Positions 1 to 10,466 of a stretch of DNA of 64,000 nt are shown here, piece after piece (within the stretch, counting starts at the first letter, position 1; the number at the start of each line of letters is the position of its first letter). This stretch comes from Utricularia gibba. Taxonomy: Eukaryota; Plantae; Magnoliophyta. The stretch is taken from NCBI GenBank assembly GCA_002189035.1, contig NEEC01000163.1, positions 20,522-84,521 on the forward strand, given 5' to 3'. Position numbers and translations under genes: made by a program. Below the pieces are notes generated by a model, which saw only the letters and a list, made by a program, of their open reading frames with translations, was not told the origin of the DNA and did not search any database.

Positions 1-99
1 GCCTTCGCATTGACGCCACATCGTCCAAACCGTTTAGAGTCACGCGACACACAGCATACCGTTTCGAAGCTCATTCTGAGACGGTCGTTTTTCGTGTTG

Positions 100-114
100 G
101 GAGTTCGCCCATCC
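100..114 (-). other. 5S rRNA box C-like segment GGATGGGCGAACTCC on the minus strand
   Basis: The reverse complement of GGAGTTCGCCCATCC matches plant 5S GGATGGGTGACCTCC at 13/15. Confidence 0.4.
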
Positions 115-141
115 GAGGAAAGTTCGAAGCTCGACGGATGG
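109..141. other. Inverted repeat CCATCCG-N19-CGGATGG enclosing the B-box-like motif
   Basis: The arms at 109-115 and 135-141 are exact reverse complements. An inner CGAG/CTCG pairing is also possible. Confidence 0.85.
122..130 (+). promoter_or_regulatory. Pol III B-box / tRNA T-loop-like motif GTTCGAAGC (one per monomer)
   Basis: It matches the consensus GTTCRANNC exactly. No A-box was found 30-60 bp upstream, so function is unproven. Confidence 0.35.
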
Positions 142-143
142 CC

Positions 144-152
144 CTATATAAG
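144..152 (+). promoter_or_regulatory. TATA-box-like CTATATAAG, intact in many monomers and altered in others
   Basis: It matches the plant TATA consensus. It is altered to CTTATATTAG or CTATATAG in other units (e.g. 855-864). Confidence 0.3.
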
Positions 153-170
153 CCTTGAATGGTGTCACAA

Positions 171-185
171 AATGGCCTAGCCATT
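171..185. other. Near-palindrome AATGG(C/T)CTAGCCATT, also weakly A-box-like (TGGCCTAG)
   Basis: The arms AATGG and CCATT flank CTAG. The one-base-shorter variant AATGGCTAGCCATT (e.g. 3647-3660) is a perfect 14-bp palindrome. Confidence 0.85.
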
Positions 186-307
186 GGGGACGTTGGGACT
201 CTTTGCTCGTTTTTATGCGAAAATTGTTCTCGGCTTGCGAAACACGCGTGATTCGTTAATATATGTCAAAATCTTGAATTTCGCGGCATTCTCATGCGTT
301 TCTCCGA

Positions 308-332
308 GTGTGCTCGGGCCCTGGGAATTCCT
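308..332 (+). other. 5S rRNA-like fragment pair within the monomer (GTGTGCTCGGGC + CCTGGGAATTCCT); present in most copies
   Basis: Compared with the remembered grass 5S sequence: 10/12 to GCGTGCTTGGGC and 12/13 to CCTGGGAAGTCCT, in the same order, with the intervening ~26 nt of 5S absent. This is not an intact gene. Confidence 0.45.
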
Positions 333-2664
333 ACATTAAGGGGTGGCCTCGCGCAGCCTTCGCCAATTGACGCCACATCGTCCAAACCGTTTAGAGTCAC
401 GCGACACACAGCATACCGTTTCGAAGCTCATTCTGAGACGATCGTTTTTCGTGTTGGGAATCGCCCATCCGAGGAAAGTTCGAAGCTCGACGGATGGCCC
501 TATATAAGCCTTGAATGGTGTCACAAAATGGCCTAGCCATTGGGGACGTTGCGACTCCTTTGCTCGTTTTTATGCGAAAATTTTCTCGGATTGCGAAACA
601 CGCGTGATTCGTTAATATATGTCAAAATCTTGAATTTCGCGGCATTCTCATGCGTTTCTCGAGTGTGCTCGGGCCCTGGGAATTCCTACATTAAGGGGTG
701 GCCTCGCGCAGCCTTCGCCATTGACGCCACATCGTCCAAACCGTTTAGAGTCACGCGACACACAGCATACCGTTTCGAAGCTCATTCCGAGACGGTCGTT
801 TTTCGTGTTGGGAGCTTGCCCATCCGAGGAAAGTTCGAAGCTCGAAGGATGGCCTTATATTAGCCTTCAATGGTGTCCCAAAATGGTCTAGCCATTGGGG
901 ACATTGCGACTCCTTTGCTCGTTTTTATGCGAAAATTATTCTCGGCTTGCGAAACACGCGTGATTCGTTAATATATGTCAAAATCTTGAATTTCGCGGCA
1001 TTCTCATGCGTTTCTACGGGTGTGCTCGGGCCCTGGGACTTCCTACACCAAGGGGTGGCCTCGCGCAGCCTTCGCCATTGACGCCACATCGTCCAAACCG
1101 TTTAGAGTCACGCGACACACAGCATACCGTTTCGAAGCTCATTCTGAGACGATCGTTTTTCGTGTTGGGAGTTCGCCCATCCGAGGAAAGTTCGAAGCTC
1201 GACGGATGGCCCTATATAAGCCTTGAATGGTGTCACAAAATGGTCTAGCCATTGGGGACATTGCGACTCCTTTGCTCGTTTTTATGCGAAAATTATTCTC
1301 GGATTGCGAAACACGCGTGATTCGTTAATATATGTCAAAATCTTGAATTTCGCGGCATTCTCATGCGTTTCTCGAGTGTGCTCGGGCCCTGGGAATTCCT
1401 ACATTAAGGGGTGGCCTCGCGCAGCCTTCGCATTGACGCCACATCGTCCAAACCGTTTAGAGTCACGCGACACACAGCATACCGTTTCGAAGCTCATTCT
1501 GAGACGGTCGTTTTTCGTGTTGGAGCTTGCCCATCCGAGGAAAGTTCGAAGCTCGAAGGATGGCCTTATATTAGCCTTGAATGGTGTCACAAATGGTCTA
1601 GCCATTGGGGACATTGCGACTCCTTTGCTCGTTTTTATGCGAAAACTAATCTCGGCTTGCGAAACACGCGTGATTCGTTAATATATGTCAAAATCTTGAA
1701 TTTCGCGGCATTCTCATGCGTTTCTCCGAGTGTGCTCGGGCCCTGGAATTCCTACACAAGGGGTGGCCTCGCGCAGCCTTCGCCATTGACGCCACATCGT
1801 CCAAACCGTTTAGAGTCACGCGACACACAGCATACCGTTTCGAAGCTCATTCTGAGACGATCGTTTTTCGTGTTGGGAAATCGCCCATCCGAGGAAAGTT
1901 CGAAGCTCGACGGATGGCCCTATATAAGCCTTGAATGGTGTCACAAAATGGCCTAGCCATTGGGGACGTTGGACTCTTTGCTCGTTTTTATGCGAAAATT
2001 GTTCTCGGCTTGCGAAACACGCGTGATTCGTTAATATATGTCAAAATCTGAATTTCGCGGCATTCTCATGCGTTTCTCCGGGTGTGCTCGGGCCCTGGGA
2101 ATTCCTACATTAAGGGGTGGCCTCGCGCAGCCTTCGCCATTGACGCCACATCGTCCAAACCGTTTAGAGTCACGCGACACACAGCATACCGTTTCGAAGC
2201 TCATTCTGAGACGATCGTTTTTCGTGTTGGAAGTTCGCCCATCCGAGGAAAGTTCGAAGCTCGACGGATGGCCCTATATAAGCCTTGAATGGTGTCACAA
2301 AATGGCCTAGCCATTGGGGACGTTGGACTCGTTTGCTCGTTTTTATGCGAAAATTGTTCTCGGATTGCGAAACACGCGTGATTCGTTAATATATGTAAAA
2401 TCTTGAATTTCGCGGCATTCTCATGCGTTTCTACGGGTGTGCTCGGGCCCTGGGACTTCCTACACCAAGGGGTGGCCTCGCGCAGCCTTCGCCATTGACG
2501 CCACATCGTCCAAACCGTTTAGAGTCACGCGACACACAGCATACCGTTTCGAAGCTCATTCTGAGACGATCGTTTTTCGTGTTGGGAGTTCGCCCATCCG
2601 AGGAAAGTTCGAAGCTCGACGGATGGCCCTATATAAGCCTTGAATGGTGTCACAAAATGGCCTA

Positions 2665-2790
2665 GCCATTGGGGAACTCGTTTATGCGAGTTCAAACACG
2701 CGTGACGTTACACTTGAATTTCGCATTCTCATGCGTTTCTCCGTGTTCGAATTCCTACATTAAGGGGTGGCCTCGCAGCCTTCGCCATTG
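2665..2790 (+). other. Degenerate, multiply deleted monomer junction
   Basis: Landmark spacing is 308 and 336 bp instead of about 355, with many scattered small deletions. Confidence 0.8.
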
Positions 2791-5700
2791 ACGCCACATC
2801 GTCCAAACCGTTTAGAGTCACGCGACACACAGCATACCGTTTCGAAGCTCATTCTAGACGATCGTTTTTCGTGTTGGGAGTCGCCCATCCGAGGAAAGTT
2901 CGAAGCTCGACGGATGGCCTATATAAGCCTTGAATGGTGTCACAAATGGCTAGCCATTGGGGACGTTGCGACTCCTTTGCTCGTTTTTATGCGAAAATTA
3001 TTCTCGGATTGCGAAACACGCGTGATTCGTTAATATATGTAAAATCTTGAATTTCGCGGCATTCTCATGCGTTTCGAGTGTGCTCGGGCCCTGGGAATTC
3101 CTACATTAAGGGGTGGCCTCGCGCAGCCTTCGCCATTGACGCCACATCGTCCAAACCGTTTAGAGTCACGCGACACACAGCATACCGTTTCGAAGCTCAT
3201 TCTGAGACGATCGTTTTTCGTGTTGGGAGTTGCCCATCCGAGGAAAGTTCGAAGCTCGACGGATGGCCTATATAGCCTTGAATGTGTCCAAAATGGTCTA
3301 GCCATTGGGGACGTTGCGACTCCTTTGCTCGTTTTTATGCGAAAATTATTCTCGGCTTGCGAAACACGCGTGATTCGTTAATATATGTCAAAATCTTGAA
3401 TTTCGCGGCATTCTCATGCGTTTCTCGGGTGTGCTCGGGCCCTGGGACTTCCTACACCAAGGGGTGGCCTCGCGCAGCCTTCGCCATTGACGCCACATCG
3501 TCCAAACCGTTTAGAGTCACGCGACACACAGCATACCGTTTCGAAGCTCATTCCGAGACGGTCGTTTTTCGTGTTGGGAGTTCGCCCATCCGAGGAAAGT
3601 TCGAAGCTCGACGGATGGCCTATATAAGCCTTGAATGGTGTCACAAAATGGCTAGCCATTGGGGACGTTGCGACTCCTTTGCTCGTTTTTATGCGAAAAT
3701 TATTCTCGGCTTGCGAAACACGCGTGATTCGTTAATATATGTCAAAATCTTGAATTTCGCGGCATTCTCATGCGTTTCTCAGTGTGCTCGGGCCCTGGGA
3801 ATTCCTACATTAAGGGGTGGCCTCGCGCAGCTTCGCATTGACGCCACATTCCAAACCGTTTAGAGTCACGACAACAGCATACCGTTTCGAAGCTCATTCT
3901 GAGACGGTCGTTTTTCGTTGGGAGTTGCCCATCCGAGGAAAGTTCGAAGCTCGAAGGATGGCCTTATATAGCCTTGAATGGTTCAAAATGGTCTAGCCAT
4001 TGGGGACGTTGCGACTCCTTTGCTCGTTTTTATGCGAAAATATCTCGGCTTGCGAAACACGCGTGATTCGTTAATATATGTCAAAATCTTGAATTTCGCG
4101 GCATTCTCATGCGTTTCTCCGAGTGTGCTCGGGCCCTGGAATTCCTACATTAAGGGGTGGCCTCGCGCAGCCTTCGCCAATTGACGCCACACGTCCAAAC
4201 GTTTAGAGTCACGCGACACACAGCATACCGTTTCGAAGCTCATTCTAGACGATCGTTTTTCGTGTTGGGAGTCGCCCATCCGAGGAAAGTTCGAAGCTCG
4301 ACGGATGGCCCTATATAAGCCTTGAATGGTGTCACAAAATGGCCTAGCCATTGGGGACGTTGCGACTCCTTTGCTCGTTTTTATGCGAAAATTGTTCTCG
4401 GATTGCGAAACACGCGTGATTCGTTAATATATGTAAAATCTGAATTTCGCGGCATTCTCATGCGTTTCTCGGGTGTGCTCGGGCCGGGACTTCCTACACC
4501 AAGGGGTGGCCTCGCGCAGCCTTCGCCATTGACGCCACATCGTCCAAACCGTTTAGAGTCACGCGACACACAGCATACCGTTTCGAAGCTCATTCTGAGA
4601 CGATCGTTTTTCGTGTTGGGAGTCGCCCATCCGAGGAAAGTTCGAAGCTCGACGGATGGCCCTATATAAGCCTTGAATGGTGTCACAAAATGGCCTAGCC
4701 ATTGGGGACGTTGGGACTCGTTTGCTCGTTTTTATGCGAAAATAATTCTCGGCTTGCGAAACACGCGTGATTCGTTAATATATGTCAAAATCTTGAATTT
4801 CGCGGCATTCTCATGCGTTTCTACGGGTGTGCTCGGGCCCGGGACTTCCTACACCAAGGGGTGGCCTCGCGCAGCCTTCGCCATTGACGCCACATCGTCC
4901 AAACCGTTTAGAGTCACGCGACACACAGCATACCGTTTCGAAGCTCATTCTGAGACGATCGTTTTTCGTGTTGGGTTCGCCCATCCGAGGAAAGTTCGAA
5001 GCTCGACGGATGGCCCTATATAAGCCTTGAATGGTGTCACAAAATGGCCTAGCCATTGGGGACGTTGGGACTCCTTTGCTCGTTTTTATGCGAAAATTGT
5101 TCTCGGCTTGCGAAACACGCGTGATTCGTTAATATATGTCAAAATCTTGAATTTCGCGGCATTCTCATGCGTTTCTCCAGTGTGCTCGGGCCCTGGGAAT
5201 TCCTACATTAAGGGGTGGCCTCGCGCAGCCTTCGCCATTGACGCCACATCGTCCAAACCGTTTAGAGTCACGCGACACACAGCATACCGTTTCGAAGCTC
5301 ATTCCGAGACGGTCGTTTTTCGTGTTGGGAGTTCGCCCATCCGAGGAAAGTTCGAAGCTCGACGGATGGCCCTATATAAGCCTTGAATGGTGTCACAAAA
5401 TGGCCTAGCCATTGGGGACGTTGCGACTCGTTTGCTCGTTTTTATGCGAAAATAATTCTCGGCTTGCGAAACACGCGTGATTCGTTAATATATGTCAAAA
5501 TCTTGAATTTCGCATTCTCATGCGTTTCTCGGTGTGCTCGGGCCCTGGGAATTCCTACATTAAGGGGTGGCCTCGCGCAGCCTTCGCCATTGACGCCACA
5601 TCGTCCAAACCGTTTAGAGTCACGCGACACACAGCATACCGTTTCGAAGCTCATTCTGAGACGATCGTTTTTCGTGTTGGGACGCCCATCCGAGGAAAGT

Positions 5701-8700
5701 TCGAAGCTCGACGGATGGCCCTATATAAGCCTTGAATGGTGTCACAAAATGGCCTAGCCATTGGGGACGTTGCGACTCCTTTGCTCGTTTTTATGCGAAA
5801 ATTGTTCTCGGATTGCGAAACACGCGTGATTCGTTAATATATGTCAAAATCTTGAATTTCGCGGCATTCTCATGCGTTTCTCCGAGTGTGCTCGGGCCCT
5901 GGGAATTCCTACATTAAGGGGTGGCCTCGCGCAGCCTTCGCCATTGACGCCACATCGTCCAAACCGTTTAGAGTCACGCGACACACAGCATACCGTTTCG
6001 AAGCTCATTCCGAGACGGTCGTTTTTCGTGTTGGGAGCTTGCCCATCCGAGGAAAGTTCGAAGCTCGAAGGATGGCCTTATATTAGCCTTCAATGTGTCA
6101 CAAAATGGCTAGCCATTGGGGACGTTGGACTCGTTTGCTCGTTTTTATGCGAAAACTAATCTCGGCTTGCGAAACACGCGTGATTCGTTAATATATGTCA
6201 AAATCTTGAATTTCGCGGCATTCTCATGCGTTTCTCGGGTGTGCTCGGGCCCGGGGACTTCCTACACCAAGGGTGGCCTCGCGCAGCCTTCGCCATTGAC
6301 GCCACATCGTCCAAACCGTTTAGAGTCACGCGACACACAGCATACCGTTTCGAAGCTCATTCTGAGACGGTCGTTTTTCGTGTTGGAAGTTGCCCATCCG
6401 AGGAAAGTTCGAAGCTCGACGGATGGCCCTATATAAGCCTTGAATGGTGTCACAAAATGGCCTAGCCATTGGGGACGTTGGGACTCGTTTGCTCGTTTTT
6501 ATGCGAAAATTGTTCTCGGCTTGCGAAACACGCGTGATTCGTTAATATATGTCAAAATCTTGAATTTCGCGGCATTCTCATGCGTTTCTCCGAGTGTGCT
6601 CGGGCCCTGGGAATTCCTACATTAAGGGGTGGCCTCGCGCAGCCTTCGCCATTGACGCCACATCGTCCAAACCGTTTAGAGTCACGCGACACACAGCATA
6701 CCGTTTCGAAGCTCATTCTGAGACGATCGTTTTTCGTGTTGGGAGCGCCCATCCGAGGAAAGTTCGAAGCTCGACGGATGGCCCTATATAAGCCTTGAAT
6801 GGTGTCACAAAATGGCCTAGCCATTGGGGACGTTGCGACTCCTTTGCTCGTTTTTATGCGAAAATTGTTCTCGGATTGCGAAACACGCGTGATTCGTTAA
6901 TATATGTAAAATCTTGAATTTCGCGGCATTCTCATGCGTTTCTCGGTGTGCTCGGGCCTGGGACTTCCTACACCAAGGGGTGGCCTCGCGCAGCCTTCGC
7001 CATTGACGCCACATCGTCCAACCGTTTAGAGTCACGCGACACACAGCATACCGTTTCGAAGCTCATTCTGAGACGATCGTTTTTCGTGTTGGGAAATCGC
7101 CCATCCGAGGAAAGTTCGAAGCTCGACGGATGGCCCTATATAAGCCTTGAATGGTGTCACAAAATGGCCTAGCCATTGGGACGTTGGGATTCGTTTGCTC
7201 GTTTTTATGCGAAAACTAATCTCGGCTTGGGAAACACGCGTGATTCGTTAATATATGTAAAAATCTGAATTTCGCGGCATTCTCATGCGTTTCTCGGGTG
7301 TGCTCGGGCCCGGGACTTCCTACACCAAGGGGTGGCCTCGCGCAGCCTTCGCCATTGACGCCACATCGTCCAAACCGTTTAGAGTCACGCGACACACAGC
7401 ATACCGTTTCGAAGCTCATTCCGAGACGGTCGTTTTTCGTGTTGGAAGTTCGCCCATCCGAGGAAAGTTCGAAGCTCGACGGATGGCCCTATATAAGCCT
7501 TGAATGGTGTCACAAAATGGCCTAGCCATTGGGGACGTTGGGACTCGTTTGCTCGTTTTTATGCGAAAATTGTTCTCGGCTTGCGAAACACGCGTGATTC
7601 GTTAATATATGTCAAAATCTTGAATTTCGCGGCATTCTCATGCGTTTCTCCGAGTGTGCTCGGGCCCTGGGAATTCCTACATTAAGGGGTGGCCTCGCGC
7701 AGCCTTCGCCATTGACGCCACATCGTCCAAACCGTTTAGAGTCACGCGACACACAGCATACCGTTTCGAAGCTCATTCTAAGACGATCGTTTTTCGTGTT
7801 GGGAAATCGCCCATCCGAGGAAAGTTCGAAGCTCGACGGATGGCCCTATATAAGCCTTGAATGGTGTCACAAAATGGCCTAGCCATTGGGGACGTTGCGA
7901 CTCCTTTGCTCGTTTTTATGCGAAAATTGTTCTCGGATTGCGAAACACGCGTGATTCGTTAATATATGTAAAAAATCTTGAATTTCGCGGCATTCTCATG
8001 CGTTTCTCCGAGTGTGCTCGGGCCCTGGGAATTCCTACATTAAGGGGTGGCCTCGCGCAGCCTTCGCCATTGACGCCACATCGTCCAAACCGTTTAGAGT
8101 CACGCGACACACAGCATACCGTTTCGAAGCTCATTCCGAGACGGTCGTTTTTCGTGTTGGGAGTTGCCCATCCGAGGAAAGTTCGAAGCTCGAGGATGGC
8201 CTATATTAGCCTTGAATGGTGTCACAAAATGGTCTAGCCATTGGGGACGTTGCGACTCCTTTGCTCGTTTTTATGCGAAAATTATTCTCGGCTTGCGAAA
8301 CACGCGTGATTCGTTAATATATGTCAAAATCTTGAATTTCGCGGCATTCTCATGCGTTTCTCGGGTGTGCTCGGGCCCGGGACTTCCTACACCAAGGGGT
8401 GGCCTCGCGCAGCCTTCGCCATTGACGCCAATCGTCCAAACCGTTTAGAGTCACGCGACACACAGCATACCGTTTCGAAGCTCATTCGAGACGGTCGTTT
8501 TTCGTGTTGGGAGTTCGCCCATCCGAGGAAAGTTCGAAGCTCGACGGATGGCCTATATAAGCCTTGAATGGTGTCCAAAATGGTCTAGCCATTGGGGACA
8601 TCGCGACTCCTTTGCTCGTTTTTATGCGAAAATTTTCTCGGATTGCGAAACACGCGTGATTCGTTAATATATGTCAAAATCTTGAATTTCGCGGCATTCT

Positions 8701-10466
8701 CATGCGTTTCTCAGTGTGCTCGGGCCCTGGGAATTCCTACATTAAGGGGTGGCCTCGCGCAGCCTTCGCATTGACGCCACATCTTCCAAACCGTTTAGAG
8801 TCACGCACAAAGCATACGTTTCGAAGCTCATTCTGAGACGGTCGTTTTTTCGTGTTGGGAGTTGCCCATCCGAGGAAAGTTCGAAGCTCGAAGGATGGCC
8901 TATATAGCCTTGAATGGTTCACAAATGGTCTAGCCATTGGGGACTTGCGACTCCTTTGCTCGTTTTTATGCGAAAATAATCTCGGCTTGCGAAACACGCG
9001 TGATTCGTTAATATATGTCAAAATCTTGAATTTCGCGGCATTCTCATGCGTTTCTCCGAGTGTGCTCGGGCCCTGGGAATTCCTACACCAAGGGGTGGCC
9101 TCGCGCAGCCTTCGCCATTGACGCCACATCGTCCAAACCGTTTAGAGTCACGCGACACACAGCATACCGTTTCGAAGCTCATTCTGAGACGATCGTTTTT
9201 CGTGTTGGGAGTCGCCCATCCGAGGAAAGTTCGAAGCTCGACGGATGGCCCTATATAAGCCTTGAATGGTGTCACAAAATGGCCTAGCCATTGGGACGTT
9301 GGGACTCGTTTGCTCGTTTTTATGCGAAAATTGTTCTCGGCTTGCGAAACACGCGTGATTCGTTAATATATGTCAAAATCTTGAATTTCGCGGCATTCTC
9401 ATGCGTTTCTCCGAGTGTGCTCGGGCCCTGGGAATTCCTACATTAAGGGGTGGCCTCGCGCAGCCTTCGCCATTGACGCCACATCGTCCAAACCGTTTAG
9501 AGTCACGCGACACACAGCATACCGTTTCGAAGCTCATTCCGAGACGGTCGTTTTTCGTGTTGGAAGTTCGCCCATCCGAGGAAAGTTCGAAGCTCGACGG
9601 ATGGCCCTATATAAGCCTTGAATGGTGTCACAAAATGGCCTAGCCATTGGGGACGTTGGGACTCGTTTGCTCGTTTTTATGCGAAAATTGTTCTCGGCTT
9701 GCGAAACACGCGTGATTCGTTAATATATGTCAAAATCTTGAATTTCGCGGCATTCTCATGCGTTTCTCCGAGTGTGCTCGGGCCCTGGGAATTCCTACAT
9801 TAAGGGGTGGCCTCGCGCAGCCTTCGCCATTGACGCCACATCGTCCAAACCGTTTAGAGTCACGCGACACACAGCATACCGTTTCGAAGCTCATTCCGAG
9901 ACGGTCGTTTTTCGTGTTGGGAGTTGCCCATCCGAGGAAAGTTCGAAGCTCGAAGGATGGCCTTATATAGCCTTCAATGGTGTCAAAAATGGTCTAGCCA
10001 TTGGGGACATTGCGACTCCTTTGCTCGTTTTTATGCGAAAATTATTCTCGGCTTGCGAAACACGCGTGATTCGTTAATATATGTCAAATCTTGAATTTCG
10101 CGGCATTCTCATGCGTTTCTCCGAGTGTGCTCGGGCCCTGGGAATTCCTACACCAAGGGGTGGCCTCGCGCAGCCTTCGCCATTGACGCCACATCGTCCA
10201 AACCGTTTAGAGTCACGCGACACACAGCATACCGTTTCGAAGCTCATTCTGAGACGATCGTTTTTCGTGTTGGGAATCGCCCATCCGAGGAAAGTTCGAA
10301 GCTCGAACGGATGGCCCTATATAAGCCTTGAATGGTGTCACAAAATGGCCTAGCCATTGGGGACGTTGGGACTCGTTTGCTCGTTTTTATGCGAAAATTT
10401 TCTCGGCTTGCGAAACACGCGTGATTCGTTAATATATGTCAAAATCTTGAATTTCGCGGCATTCTC

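Larger units (their letters stand above)
1..355 (+). repeat. Representative satellite monomer (first period)
   Basis: Bases 1-355 are repeated with few differences from 356 onward. The period contains TTCGAA twice (63-68, 123-128), CACGCGTG (243-250), GGGCCC (316-321) and GAATTC (325-330). Confidence 0.97.

Noticed and set aside
33-39. TTTAGAG as a degenerate plant telomere repeat
   Set aside because: It is a single 6/7 match per monomer and is never tandem. No TTTAGGG tract occurs in the window.
91-135. CENP-B box-like motif near TTCGTGTTGG and TTCGCCCATCCGAGG
   Set aside because: The essential pattern TTCG-N4-A-N2-CGGG is not met on either strand.
304-317. CCGAG-TGTG-CTCGG hairpin as a terminator or structural element
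   Set aside because: The stem is only 5 bp, there is no U-tract, and the left arm is disrupted in many monomers.
1-355. Monomer as a dimer of two ~178-bp subunits
   Set aside because: No convincing alignment between the halves was found by eye; the internal repeats fall at other offsets.
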